DNA of 64,000 nucleotides from a virus (IMGVR_UViG_3300033121_001593:32001-96000), one strand, 5' to 3'; positions 45,730 to 55,653 are shown, counted from the first letter of the stretch. The notes: generated by a model from the sequence alone, not told the origin. Made by a program: numbers and translations.

Positions 45730-46103
45730 CCTACCACCGCCGGTCCGGCTGACTTTAGCACGGCCTCGACTATGTGCCGCGTCATGGCCGCCTTTAGCTC
45801 CGGCAACGTCGCCTGAACAGCCGGGCCGATGAAGGGCCGGGCCGCCATGAAACGGGTGCCGAATTCGGGAAACATCCAGTAGTCTTCCCGGCTGCCGATC
45901 CCGACGTGGACGGCGGCCATTCCGTTGATCGGGTTGATGTACATCCCATCGCGCAAGGCCCCCGTCGCGACCGGCGCGCGGGCCTTGATATCGGTCAGGA
46001 GCTTGCCGGCATAATCGAGTGAAGCCTGCTTAGTCTCGGCGCGGATCATGGCGTCAGCCTTGGGTAGGTGGTTATAGATGATCCGCACCGACATGGTTAG
46101 CAT
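45726..46103 (-). CDS. HK97 gp10-like neck protein
   Basis: APVATGALRD, EFGTRFMAARPFIGPA. Confidence 0.9.
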   Translation of the reverse strand: MLTMSVRIIYNHLPKADAMIRAETKQASLDYAGKLLTDIKARAPVATGALRDGMYINPINGMAAVHVGIGSREDYWMFPEFGTRFMAARPFIGPAVQATLPELKAAMTRHIVEAVLKSAGPAVVG

Positions 46104-46106
46104 GGT

Positions 46107-46499
46107 CTAAAGCTCAAGCGCCAGGGTAGTTAGATGGGCCTCGTTCGTCAGGCGGTCCTGCATATCCATGATCCGATAGGTCACGCCCGCGATCACGACG
46201 TTGTCTTTACGTTGAACGAGCGTGCCGATAGGAAAGCACAAGGCCCACGTCTTATCCTCGGTGATCCGCAGCGTCTGCGATCCCGTCTGCACCATTGACG
46301 CCAGGTTCTGCACGTCCCGCAGATTGACGCTCTCGATTCGGCACGGGACGTTAGAGGCGACGGTGGCGTAGGTCTCCGTTCGCCCGCCTGCGCCGTCGTC
46401 CGAGAGAGCGGGCCGGGAGATCACCGCCCTCTCCGGCATGTTCCGTTCAGAACGACGGCGCAGGCGGACAAGCGAAAGGGCAAACGCCGTTGTTGTCAT
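46107..46499 (-). CDS. Head closure/head-tail adaptor
   Basis: DDGAGG, VPCRI, GVTYRI. Confidence 0.8.
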   Translation of the reverse strand: MTTTAFALSLVRLRRRSERNMPERAVISRPALSDDGAGGRTETYATVASNVPCRIESVNLRDVQNLASMVQTGSQTLRITEDKTWALCFPIGTLVQRKDNVVIAGVTYRIMDMQDRLTNEAHLTTLALEL

Positions 46500-46861
46500 A
46501 ACACTTTGAATACAGCGCGCCGTGTGTTAGGCGAGTCGGCAAGTGTGAGCGTCGAGTCAAGGGCGATGGCGGTCTGACCATAAGACGAGCCGGCCAGGCC
46601 CGTGCCGGCCTTGGGCTGCTCGTAGCGCAGCCGCGTCTCACGCGTCGACTCTTCTGTCACCCGCGGGTCGGCTACTGAGACATAGTGCGCCGCAAGCCAA
46701 AGCTCGATCTGAGTTAGAATTTCATCGGTCAGGCTTGCGAGCATTTCGCTCTTTGTGCCGATCAGCGAATTCGCGGCAGTGATACAGGCCGCCAGGCCTC
46801 CGTCGCTGAGTGACGTATCGATGATCTCCCGGACATCGGTGACGGTCACTCGGTTAGCCAT
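46496..46861 (-). CDS. Head-tail connector
   Basis: IELWLAAH, GL..SSYGQ.A..LD; start MANRVT. Confidence 0.8.
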   Translation of the reverse strand: MANRVTVTDVREIIDTSLSDGGLAACITAANSLIGTKSEMLASLTDEILTQIELWLAAHYVSVADPRVTEESTRETRLRYEQPKAGTGLAGSSYGQTAIALDSTLTLADSPNTRRAVFKVL

Positions 46862-47159
46862 TGGCAGGCTTTCCAGACGGCTTGCCGCTGGCGCGCTTGA
46901 CGGCGGCCTTCTCGGTCGGGGCGTCCGGCGGCGTCTCCGTATCGGCGGGGGCGTCCTCGACCTCGACCTCGGCCTCGACCGCGCTCGGAGGATCGGCGGG
47001 CGTCTCCTCCGGGGGTGCCGAAGGCAGATCAGCGGGGACAGGCTGGAGCTTGTCCAGGAAGCCCTGCGCATCCGCCTCCGGTAGCTCCACGATATCGCCC
47101 TCGCGATACGTGCCGAATGCGCCGAAGGTGTAGCCGGGCTTAACGCGGTACTTTGTCAT
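46854..47159 (-). CDS. Small head-associated protein with acidic Pro-rich tail
   Basis: KYRV..YREGDIVEL..A motif typical after capsid genes. Confidence 0.7.
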   Translation of the reverse strand: MTKYRVKPGYTFGAFGTYREGDIVELPEADAQGFLDKLQPVPADLPSAPPEETPADPPSAVEAEVEVEDAPADTETPPDAPTEKAAVKRASGKPSGKPANG

Positions 47160-47171
47160 AGGGACACCGCC

Positions 47172-47615
47172 TTAAGCCACGGCCAGCAGGACGGCGACAT
47201 AGTCGTTCGCGGACAGGTTGCCGGCCGCCGATTGCTGGATTTGATCGGTAACGGTGACGGTCGTCTCGAACGACGCCGCAGCTGTGCCCAGCGCGCCGGC
47301 CGTGATCCCAAAGACGGCCAGGACCTTCATCCCGACCACCGCGCCGGTGGCGGTACACGCGCCCGCGCCGTTGCGCCCGTCGAAGGAGATCGTCTTGATC
47401 CCGGTCAGGACGGCGCGCAAGTTTGCGGCGGTGATAGCGCGGGCGGTGTCAGTCCCGGTCTGCGCCTCAGCGTTCGTCGCAAGCTCGACCTTGCCCTTGG
47501 TTGTGGCGTCGGCATCGACCGTAGTGCCCAGGCTATCCACCAGATCGGTGTTGTGGTCAAACGGGTCGGTATGCCCGTGCTGCGCCTTGAGAGCCGCAGA
47601 AGATTTGTTAGCCAT
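47172..47615 (-). CDS. Head fibre/decoration protein
   Basis: ATTKGKVELATNAEAQTGTDTARAIT fibre repeat. Confidence 0.7.
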   Translation of the reverse strand: MANKSSAALKAQHGHTDPFDHNTDLVDSLGTTVDADATTKGKVELATNAEAQTGTDTARAITAANLRAVLTGIKTISFDGRNGAGACTATGAVVGMKVLAVFGITAGALGTAAASFETTVTVTDQIQQSAAGNLSANDYVAVLLAVA

Positions 47616-47708
47616 GACTTTTCCTTTCCCTTGAGAGGGTGCCGCCTACCGGGGGGATTAACGCCCCCCGGTCAGACCAGCTTAGGTAAGCGCCGCCTGG
47701 TCGGGAGC

Positions 47709-48680
47709 CTAAGCCCCGGTGATATGGCAGACGCCCAGATTGCCCGCGTAGTCCTGCTTGAGCCGCGGGGCCATCACCATCATGACCTTGAAGAAAAGCT
47801 CCTCGCCGTCCGGGGCAACCCACTCGCGGTTTTCGACCGTGCCGGCCTGGACCAGATCGATCACGTCCGAAGTCATCTGCACCAGGACAATGACGCCATC
47901 GCTCAGGAAGTCGGAGGGCTGGACGCTTGCGATCTGCGGCAGATCGAGCACGGCATCCAGCGCCTTCTGGCCGGAGCCGTCCGTGTAGCGGGCCAGCATC
48001 TGAATGTACTGGGTCCCGGCTGCGTAGACGCTGAACGGGCCATGATAGCGGTTAGCCGCCATGGCGGAGATTGCGCCCAGGAACGTCGGCAGAATGTTCG
48101 AGATTGTGCCGAAGTCACCACCGCCGAAGTTGGCGGCGGTATCGGTCTTGCGCGCGCCGTGGGTGGTCAGGCCGTAGATGGTCGAACCGCTGACCACGAT
48201 CCCGCTAGAGCCGTTGAAGACCATGGTCTCGGCGCTCTCGATCACGGCGGAAGCAGCCGCGGCGGCCTCGGTCGTGTCCAGGCTCGCGCCCAGCGTGCGG
48301 CTGGCCAGCAGCTCGCGCCGGCCGATGGAGTAGGCGTCATGGATGATCGGCACAGGGACGCCAAACGTCTGCTTGTCGGTGCGGTCACGGTTCGACCGGG
48401 TCCGACCGTCCATCGAGACGGTGGCAGCCGTGCGCTCGCTGGCCACACGCCACTGTGAGAGCATGTTAGCCAGGGTTGTTTCCTGCGTCAGGCCGGCGGC
48501 CCGCAGATCGGCAACGATGTTCAGGCGCAGTTTTGCGCGCTGAATGACGGCGGCGTCCAGGACAGCCCACTCGGCTTGGGTTAGCTGCGAGTTGGTGATG
48601 AGGCCGGTGCGCTGATCGATCAGGGGCCGCTTGGTGTTGGTGGAGAAAGCGAGGGCGTCCTCGCCCATCAAAATGGTCAT
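47709..48680 (-). CDS. Major capsid protein (encapsulin/linocin-like HK97 fold)
   Basis: EW..LD.AV..R..L..VADL, VPVPIIH..SIGRREL.ASR, IYGLT, FKVM..M.P. Confidence 0.88.
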   Translation of the reverse strand: MTILMGEDALAFSTNTKRPLIDQRTGLITNSQLTQAEWAVLDAAVIQRAKLRLNIVADLRAAGLTQETTLANMLSQWRVASERTAATVSMDGRTRSNRDRTDKQTFGVPVPIIHDAYSIGRRELLASRTLGASLDTTEAAAAASAVIESAETMVFNGSSGIVVSGSTIYGLTTHGARKTDTAANFGGGDFGTISNILPTFLGAISAMAANRYHGPFSVYAAGTQYIQMLARYTDGSGQKALDAVLDLPQIASVQPSDFLSDGVIVLVQMTSDVIDLVQAGTVENREWVAPDGEELFFKVMMVMAPRLKQDYAGNLGVCHITGA

Positions 48681-48724
48681 AGTTGACTCCTTGTCAGATT
48701 AGAACGTAGGGCGTGACGCGCCTG

Positions 48725-49192
48725 CTAGGCGATCATGACACGGCAGCGATGCACGCTGCCGTCGCCGGTGACGGTGTCCAGGGCAACGCCCACGACCGCT
48801 CCGGTGACAATGGACGCGCCCATTGTGAGGGCTTTGAGCAGGCCGGCGGCGTTCGAGCCAAGCGGCGTGACTCCGGCGACGGTGCTCTCGCCGATCGCCA
48901 GAACCATGTAAAGCACGTCACCCGGCGCGGCGACCGTGTAGTACACAGTATCGCCGTTGGCATACGCCACGTCGATGGTCTTCGAAGACGCGCTATCAGC
49001 GGTCGGAGACTCGACGGCCACCAGGGTGGGCTTGGCAAGGCCGGAGTCGGTGTTGTGCGTCACGACCGCGCCGCTGCTGATCTCCAGGAGATAGCCGGGC
49101 AAGATCGAAGCCTCGCCGGCCAGGCGCTCCTGACGGTTGACGCCATCGAGAGCCGACTGGATCACGATGGTCTTGTAGGTAGTATCTGCCAT
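48725..49192 (-). CDS. Capsid decoration protein
   Basis: ILPGYLLE, YANGDTV, PGDVLY; GGAGG RBS; precedes capsid gene. Confidence 0.75.
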   Translation of the reverse strand: MADTTYKTIVIQSALDGVNRQERLAGEASILPGYLLEISSGAVVTHNTDSGLAKPTLVAVESPTADSASSKTIDVAYANGDTVYYTVAAPGDVLYMVLAIGESTVAGVTPLGSNAAGLLKALTMGASIVTGAVVGVALDTVTGDGSVHRCRVMIA

Positions 49193-49253
49193 GTTAAAAG
49201 CCTCCGGTGAAGTTGGCCGGCAATGCCGGCATCAAAAGAATGAGCCGGCCGGC

Positions 49254-51371
49254 CTACAGCGCCGGCATCGGAATTTCGACGATCATCGAGCCGCCCGCCG
49301 GCACCCGACCATTCGGCCGCGGCCGCCCGCCGAAATCGACGGACTCCAGCGAATCCTCCAACAGGCGCAGGTTCTCGGTCGAAAACGTCGCCAGTTGGTC
49401 GGGCGTAAAGGCGCAGCGGTGGTTTGCCGCCAGCGCCGCGATCAGGCTCGCCCGCTCGGCCTGGGCGTTGGCCTGGACGTTGTTCAAGGCCGCGATCAGG
49501 CCGGCCACCCCGCCGAACTGACGGACAGCCGTCAGTAGCTCGGCAAGCTCGGACTCGTTGGTCGCTACGGGCGCTACGGCGGGCGCTACGGCCTCTTGGG
49601 CAGCCGGAACGGCTACGGGGGCCGGCACAGCCGTTTCGACCGGCACGGCGGGCGCTACGGCCTCTACGGGAACTTCGGTGACGTTGGAGACGGGGGCGGT
49701 GACTTCGCTCTCCATGCCGGGCATGAGCAGCACGTCGCCCGCCGCGGTCACTCCAAGATCGGCGGCCATCACCTTGAGATCGTCAAGCGTCATGGCCTCC
49801 AGGACGGCGCGCTCGCACTGGCAGTCGGCATTTGCCAGCAGCGCCTCGATCAACTGGCGTCGGTCGTTCATGGTTTCGTCTTCTCCGTTTTCGGCGAGAA
49901 CTCCCTCGCCAGGGGGTTGGGATTCGTCCGCCGATTCGGCGGCGGCTTCGAAGGCGGCGGGCACAGGCACAGGCTCCTCCGGGGGATCGGTGACGGGGGC
50001 CTCGGTGACGGGGGCCGGGTGCGCCTCGCGCGCCAGGGTCAACATTGCGGTGAGATCGGCATAGGTGATGAAACGCTCCGCCGTCACGGCGGACTCGTTG
50101 ACGGCCTCGGCCAGCGGATCGGCGGGGGCGGTGCGCATTTCGCCGGCCAGGTTGAAGACGATCTGATCCTGCCCGACCGTCACGCCCAGATGCGAGAAGG
50201 CCGCGCGGCCGGCCGGCGTGATCGCCGGGGTCGCCTCACCAGCCGGCAGATAGGCCAGGATCAGGTGCATGGCCTGAACGTCGATCTCCGGGGCTTCTTC
50301 CTCGTCCCCGCCATAGGCGAAGTAGCCCAGGTACTCGCCCAGGTCATAGGCCCAGCGTTGGATGGCCTGGCCGCCCAGCGTCAGGTAAAGCACGTCCATG
50401 GCCTCGCCGGTGATCAGCCGGCCAAAGCCGGTGATCTGCGCCGCCATAACGGCCGTCGAACGGGCGACATAGGCTAGCTCGCTCGAAAGGAACTGCAGGG
50501 CGTCGCTGCCGCGGTAGGTCAGAAGCGGCACGCTCAGGCCCGCCGGTTCCAGGACAATCGAGCCAGGGGGCAGGTCGCCCGGCGAAAGGGCCAGGGCGGC
50601 GGCGCTTTCGTCGGCAAGGAACAGGGCCACGGTGGCAAGGCGCTCGTCATTCGTCTCCACCACGTCGACGGCCTCAAGCTCCGCGACGGCCTCAAGCTCG
50701 GCCTCGTCCGGGGTGATACCAAAGAAGTCGGCTAGCGCGGCCATCAGCCGCTGGCCAACCGACGCGTTTACCGCGGGCATAGGGCTTGTCGGTTTCGTCA
50801 TACTTTTCTCCTGTCGAAAATTAGTTCGGGGGACACCGCAGCCGTCGGCCCAGTTGCAGGCTCCCTCAGCCGTAGGTAGCAGGGCCAGGTGATCGGGCCG
50901 AATATTGCGGGCGATAGTCTGATAGCGCCGGCCTTCGTGCGCCCCATTCGCCCGCTCGACATCCCGAAAGTAACCGGTCGATACTTCACAGCCGCCGCCG
51001 TCAACGATCTGGCTCAGGACCATATCGCCCGCGTCGCCGAACTGCTCCAGCCGGTCCAGATCGATCCATACGTCACCCTTGAGTCGCCCATCCTCGAAGC
51101 GCACGTCGTACAGCCGACCACAGGCGAAGGCGTCCAGCGCCTCAAGCGACCGGGCCGAAATGTACTCGCGCCCGTCGTGCGGGTGACCAATCGTAACCGG
51201 CGAGTCGTTCCAGACCGGCGTATAGCGGCCGATCTCGTCGGCAAGCACTAGCTCGCCGTTGAGCACGCCCGGCACCAGCGCCACAACAGGGGCCACCAGC
51301 CACTCGCGCCCGTCGCGCTCACAACGGGTGGCACCAGCAATATTCGTGCGTTGGACGGTGAGACCGATCAA
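49254..51371 (-). CDS. DUF2213 prohead protease/scaffold with inserted 2H-like domain
   Basis: GVLNG, WN..PVT.GHP, EVSTGY, PDHLALLP..GAC..DGCG; acidic scaffold tail. Confidence 0.88.
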   Translation of the reverse strand: MIGLTVQRTNIAGATRCERDGREWLVAPVVALVPGVLNGELVLADEIGRYTPVWNDSPVTIGHPHDGREYISARSLEALDAFACGRLYDVRFEDGRLKGDVWIDLDRLEQFGDAGDMVLSQIVDGGGCEVSTGYFRDVERANGAHEGRRYQTIARNIRPDHLALLPTAEGACNWADGCGVPRTNFRQEKSMTKPTSPMPAVNASVGQRLMAALADFFGITPDEAELEAVAELEAVDVVETNDERLATVALFLADESAAALALSPGDLPPGSIVLEPAGLSVPLLTYRGSDALQFLSSELAYVARSTAVMAAQITGFGRLITGEAMDVLYLTLGGQAIQRWAYDLGEYLGYFAYGGDEEEAPEIDVQAMHLILAYLPAGEATPAITPAGRAAFSHLGVTVGQDQIVFNLAGEMRTAPADPLAEAVNESAVTAERFITYADLTAMLTLAREAHPAPVTEAPVTDPPEEPVPVPAAFEAAAESADESQPPGEGVLAENGEDETMNDRRQLIEALLANADCQCERAVLEAMTLDDLKVMAADLGVTAAGDVLLMPGMESEVTAPVSNVTEVPVEAVAPAVPVETAVPAPVAVPAAQEAVAPAVAPVATNESELAELLTAVRQFGGVAGLIAALNNVQANAQAERASLIAALAANHRCAFTPDQLATFSTENLRLLEDSLESVDFGGRPRPNGRVPAGGSMIVEIPMPAL

Positions 51372-51389
51372 GGCGGTAACTCCGGGAAC

Positions 51390-51430
51390 AAAAAAGGCCG
51401 CTTACCGGGGGACGAATCCCGGTAAGCGGC
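51390..51430 (-). terminator. Intrinsic terminator just upstream of the protease/capsid operon
   Basis: 13-bp GCCGCTTACCGGG/CCCGGTAAGCGGC plus T6 on the minus strand. Confidence 0.8.
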
Positions 51431-51577
51431 ACTAAGGCACTATCCTCGTGAGCAGTCACCTCCCGTGGCCATTTAAGGCACTCCGGCTAGGCCGGCAGGG
51501 GTCACCGCTCACGTTTTGCTTTATAAGAGGCCACCTTCCCGCAGGGGGAAAGGCAGGAAGGCGGCCCGTTCGCGCTG

Positions 51578-51606
51578 ATACTAACAGATATCAGATAGCT
51601 TGTCAA
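51578..51606 (-). promoter_or_regulatory. Candidate promoter for capsid operon leader
   Basis: Minus strand TTGACA-17 nt-TAGTAT. Confidence 0.55.
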
Positions 51607-51642
51607 GTTATAAACGATAATCGGCGGGCGAATTCCGGCAGC

Positions 51643-51870
51643 CTATTCGCCTCCCCACGCGCCCGCGCTCTTGCCGGGCGGCCCGGTCGGCAGCGCCCCC
51701 AGGTCATCGGCCATCAGCGCCCACCAGTCGGCGATCGTGAACGGAACGTAGACGCTCCGCTTACGGTCATAGAACAGGATCACGCCATCCTTGAGCATGG
51801 CGACGAAAGCGCCATCGGGGGAAAGCAGCCGGCCCGCCTCGTCCACCCTCCAGCCGGTTCGGTGGGCCAT
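51643..51870 (-). CDS. Hypothetical protein
   Basis: 75-aa ORF in operon. Confidence 0.6.
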   Translation of the reverse strand: MAHRTGWRVDEAGRLLSPDGAFVAMLKDGVILFYDRKRSVYVPFTIADWWALMADDLGALPTGPPGKSAGAWGGE

Positions 51871-51880
51871 GCGTCACGGT

Positions 51881-52261
51881 CTACCGCCCTGGTGAATCGG
51901 CGATGGCGACGGAAGCGGCGGCGTTGATATCCTTGGCGATGGCGCGCGCCATACCCGCCACCATCACGGCGGGGAAGTAACGGGCGGCGTTTCCGCCATC
52001 ATCGTCGGTCACCCGCTCCAGGTATCGCATGATCGATACCGCGACTTCCTCAGCCTCGACGTGGTACATCCGCTCGCCTTCTTCGGGGGCCGGCGTCCAA
52101 GTCAGGGTATTCGTGCCTGACGTACTGACGTGCCCGCTCGTGGCCGCCCGATACGCGGACGCCGCCGCATTATAGGCGTCGGACGTGCCGGGCCGCGCCT
52201 GACCGGATAGAATGCCGCCTATGACGGGGGCGTGCCCTTTGGGATCGGTGGAAGTAGTCAT
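51881..52261 (-). CDS. Hypothetical protein
   Basis: ORF in operon. Confidence 0.6.
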   Translation of the reverse strand: MTTSTDPKGHAPVIGGILSGQARPGTSDAYNAAASAYRAATSGHVSTSGTNTLTWTPAPEEGERMYHVEAEEVAVSIMRYLERVTDDDGGNAARYFPAVMVAGMARAIAKDINAAASVAIADSPGR

Positions 52262-52265
52262 TTCT

Positions 52266-52478
52266 TTAGCACCCGCAGGCTAGGTGGAATAGCCGGACAC
52301 TAAGCCCGGCGGCGATGCCGACAATGGGCAGGAGCACCAGGATACCGACCGCCAGCACGGGGATACCCGCGCAGCCTGGTATGCTCGTGCGCTTCTCGGA
52401 GGGCGGTGATAGCGGTGCTAACGGCGCGCCCGAAGTCGTCTGCCATTGCACGGAGTCGTCGCTCGGTGGTTGCGTCAT
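52266..52478 (-). CDS. Small membrane protein
   Basis: C-terminal TM; GAAAGG upstream. Confidence 0.55.
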   Translation of the reverse strand: MTQPPSDDSVQWQTTSGAPLAPLSPPSEKRTSIPGCAGIPVLAVGILVLLPIVGIAAGLSVRLFHLACGC

Positions 52479-52680
52479 CGTTTTGGCCTTTCATCGTGAG
52501 GAGTATAAGCCCTTCCTCGATCTCGGCACGCTTTGCCGCGCGTGCCCGCTCCTGCTCGGCCTCGGCTAGAAGGGTGATTAGATGCCGGGCCTCCGGTATG
52601 CCGGCAGCCGCCGCGCCGGCCAGGATAGAGCCGGCCATTAGCTGCCGGCCGATTGGCGTCTCGTTAGGTTGCGATCTCAT
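52300..52680 (-). CDS. Hypothetical protein
   Basis: Overlaps gpF stop; 3' half overlaps 52266-52478 in another frame. Confidence 0.4.
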   Translation of the reverse strand: MRSQPNETPIGRQLMAGSILAGAAAAGIPEARHLITLLAEAEQERARAAKRAEIEEGLILLTMKGQNDDATTERRLRAMADDFGRAVSTAITALREAHEHTRLRGYPRAGGRYPGAPAHCRHRRRA

Positions 52681-53533
52681 TTTGCCAGGTCTTCCCGGTG
52701 AAGCTCGACCGGTATTGTATCTCGCAGGAGCAGGCGTTGAGGCATTGCCGGTCGCCTATGTCGATTAGCTCGCCCTGTGGCTGCCAGCCAAGCTCAGACA
52801 TCCAAAGACAATCCTCGCAGTTTTCAGCGCCGCCCAGGATATTCATCTCCATGTCGTAGCCCCGCTTGAACATCTCACTCCCGGTAAGATGCCACCAAGC
52901 CTTGCGCAGGCTCTTTGGGTACTGGCCGACCCGCTGCCAGAAAAGGCCGTCGACCGGATACTCGGCGCTCTCCAGGGCCTGCGCGAAGCCGTCAAGGTAC
53001 TCTAACTGAAAGTCTATGCCGACCTCGACCTCCGCCCAATCGCTGGCCTCCAGGGCGGCCCAGCCGCCCAGCACTAGCATAGCCGCCGTGCCGTGGCCCA
53101 TCTTCACCGTTTCGGCCATGGCCTCCTGCCACTGCCCGATGGTGATCTCGCCGGCCACCATGCGCTCGCTCTGCAGCCGGGCCTCAGCCTCCAAGGCCAG
53201 CCGCGCCGTATCCCGCGCGCCGTTCACCAGGCTCCACGATACGCCGCGGCCGTTTACGTCGAAATAGAAGCGGGTGGCGTCTGACCACGTAAACGGCGGG
53301 ACCAGCGCCTGCTCGGCAAAGGCCGCCAGGGCGTCGTCGGCGACACTCGGCCCGCCTCGATTGGCGGCGGGTGCCGGCGTGCCCGGCAGCGCGCCAGAGG
53401 CGTGAATGAGCCAGGCCGGCGCGCCCGGTACATTCGCCGTATACCATTCGGTCAGGCGCACGATCTCCTGACCGTCGAACCTAGCCAGGCGCGTCCGATC
53501 AGCCGCGGCCCACCGACGCGCCCGGCCTTTCAT
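52664..53533 (-). CDS. Minor head protein (Mu gpF-like)
   Basis: Q..YL.GFA, ENCEDC, CLNACSC. Confidence 0.78.
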   Translation of the reverse strand: MKGRARRWAAADRTRLARFDGQEIVRLTEWYTANVPGAPAWLIHASGALPGTPAPAANRGGPSVADDALAAFAEQALVPPFTWSDATRFYFDVNGRGVSWSLVNGARDTARLALEAEARLQSERMVAGEITIGQWQEAMAETVKMGHGTAAMLVLGGWAALEASDWAEVEVGIDFQLEYLDGFAQALESAEYPVDGLFWQRVGQYPKSLRKAWWHLTGSEMFKRGYDMEMNILGGAENCEDCLWMSELGWQPQGELIDIGDRQCLNACSCEIQYRSSFTGKTWQNEIAT

Positions 53534-53877
53534 GCGGCCTCGAAAGACCGCGTCCGTTCGTGCGGGGGCCGCCAGAGCGAACGCCAGACGCGCAGGCGCG
53601 AGAGGGTCGCCTCGCCGCCGCCGGCCCGAATACGGTCGATCAAGGCCGAGATAGCCTCAGCCTCCGTGTGGCCACGTACTGACATATTCTCCGCCAGCCG
53701 GGCCTCAACCATCGGGGCCTGGCCCGGCCTGGTGACAGGGGCCGCGATCAAAAGAACGTAGTACAGGCCCTTGCCCTTGTCCTCGCCGTCCTCGGCGACC
53801 GGCCTTTGAAAGGCGCTAGTATGGTGGGCGGATTGTCTGGACGGTGGGCGGTGGCCCGCTTGATTGGCTGTTCTCAT
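53530..53877 (-). CDS. Hypothetical protein
   Basis: AAGGAG before MRTANQ; coupled to gpF. Confidence 0.5.
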   Translation of the reverse strand: MRTANQAGHRPPSRQSAHHTSAFQRPVAEDGEDKGKGLYYVLLIAAPVTRPGQAPMVEARLAENMSVRGHTEAEAISALIDRIRAGGGEATLSRLRVWRSLWRPPHERTRSFEAA

Positions 53878-55411
53878 CGGTCTGCGCTTCTCCTTCAGGG
53901 GTTGGTGTCGTATCCGCCGGGGGGGGCGGTGGCTTGACGGGCGGCGGGGCCGCCCAGGCGGTGAGGGCCTTAGCCTCTTTCTCGGTAAAGCCGGCGACCA
54001 GGGCCGCGGCATAAAGCGACGCGCCTGAGTCGGTCAGCGTCTTGGCGATACGCGCCAGCACGGAACGCAGGCCAAGCATCTCGACGGCGGCTTCCTTCGG
54101 CGCGCGCCCTTCGAGGCCCAGCCAGTCCCGGAACTCGGCCGGGCTGATATACACGTCGGGCGACGATCCGCTCGATACCGCCGATACAGCCCGCCCGCGG
54201 GCCTCGGCCAGGTCGGCGCGCTCAAGATCGGATAGCTCGATAATGGGCTTCCAGATTAGCTCGATCTCGTCAACATCAACCGCCGGCAGGATGCCATAGT
54301 CCACCAGGCGCTCGATCATGGTACGCACCAGGGGGTCGGCGAACTGCCGGCGACGCTCCTTGATGACGCCCGCCCATTGGCGAGACTCCTCGGTCTTACC
54401 CACGTCGCCCCGGTCGCTGCCGATCAAGATCGAATAGGGGATTTGAGTCGTGGCGCAGATCAGCTTGACGGCGACGTTGAACAGAGCCGAAGGATCGATC
54501 ACCTGCCCCGGTAGCTTTTCCAGATCGATCCCCTCGGTGCGGATCACGCGCCGCAGCCCGTTCAGGAAGTCGTCAATCGCCCCGGTTAGCTTCTCCTCGT
54601 CAGCGGTGGTAAGCTCGTAGCCTTCACGAACGTCGGCATGGAAGGTGCCGACCATATCATGCCAGACGGTTTCGGCCCCGCCGTGCACGACCTTCATTAG
54701 GGCCTCAAGCAGATTGTAACATGCCTCCAGGCGGGGCGTCCCCATCACGTCGTCTTTCTCGCAGTCCTCGGCGACGTGGATCACGCGGGTCCAATGCGTC
54801 CGCATTTTCTCGCCCGCCGTATTGACCTCGTAGTATTCGGGCAGGTTATACCGCTCGCTCTCCCGGTTGGTGTCCAGCGCCTCGATCCTGGCGTCGATCT
54901 CATCATAGACCGCCAGATAGACCAGATCGGCGGCAGTAGCATTCGCCGCCGCCTTGCGCTTCAGGGGTGACGGCCACGATCCCCGCCCCTTCATTCCCAG
55001 CACGATCACGGAGTACTGGCCCAGGCCGGCCCGCACGTCCGCCCGGCGCAGGCGCTCGTACAGGCGTACCCGTTTCGCCATCGAAGCCCAGGCCGCAAGG
55101 AAGGCGGCCTGCGCCGTCTCGCTCGTCGCGGCGTCTTCGACAAAGCGAAGCTCAGGATCATCCTTCCACGTCGCGCTCGGCTTGGCGGTGATGATCGGCC
55201 GGGCGATATCCTGCCGGCGATACTTGATCTCGAACTGTGCGAATGAGATATCGACCGGCAGGCCCAGGACGACGTTATAGTCTCTATCCCCGCCGAAAGC
55301 GGTCATCGACTGGCCGCCGCGCGACGTGAGTAACCGCCCCATCAGATCGGATAGGATGGCGATATCCTGCGGGGAATATCGGCCGCGCGGCGGCCTGGTA
55401 TCAGCCGGCAT
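53816..55411 (-). CDS. Portal protein (DUF1073-type)
   Basis: YRRQDIA, RRAD..GLGQYS, HWTRVIHVAE, GTPRLE, IP..ILIG. Confidence 0.9.
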   Translation of the reverse strand: MPADTRPPRGRYSPQDIAILSDLMGRLLTSRGGQSMTAFGGDRDYNVVLGLPVDISFAQFEIKYRRQDIARPIITAKPSATWKDDPELRFVEDAATSETAQAAFLAAWASMAKRVRLYERLRRADVRAGLGQYSVIVLGMKGRGSWPSPLKRKAAANATAADLVYLAVYDEIDARIEALDTNRESERYNLPEYYEVNTAGEKMRTHWTRVIHVAEDCEKDDVMGTPRLEACYNLLEALMKVVHGGAETVWHDMVGTFHADVREGYELTTADEEKLTGAIDDFLNGLRRVIRTEGIDLEKLPGQVIDPSALFNVAVKLICATTQIPYSILIGSDRGDVGKTEESRQWAGVIKERRRQFADPLVRTMIERLVDYGILPAVDVDEIELIWKPIIELSDLERADLAEARGRAVSAVSSGSSPDVYISPAEFRDWLGLEGRAPKEAAVEMLGLRSVLARIAKTLTDSGASLYAAALVAGFTEKEAKALTAWAAPPPVKPPPPPADTTPTPEGEAQTDENSQSSGPPPTVQTIRPPY

Positions 55412-55653
55412 TAGGCCGCGTCCTCAGCCGCAGGCTCAGCGACCGCGGCCTGCTCGCCATCTGCGGCCAGGTCGATCAGCACACCGGCGGCCTTGGCGCG
55501 CTTCAAGCAGCGGTCAAGGATCACCATGGCCAGCTTGACATCGTCGTCCAGGTCAAGCTTGGCGAGCATCGCGCCGTCAACCTTCAGCGCCCGTGTCAGC
55601 AGGATCATCGCAACTTGTAAGCGCCACATCAGGAGTCTCTCCTTTAGCCCCAT
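55411..55653 (-). CDS. Hypothetical protein
   Basis: MGLKERL start overlapping terminase end. Confidence 0.55.
   Translation of the reverse strand: MGLKERLLMWRLQVAMILLTRALKVDGAMLAKLDLDDDVKLAMVILDRCLKRAKAAGVLIDLAADGEQAAVAEPAAEDAA

Noticed and set aside
47709-48680. Cellular encapsulin nanocompartment
   Set aside because: Sits in a full head-tail operon with terminase, portal and protease, so it is the phage capsid
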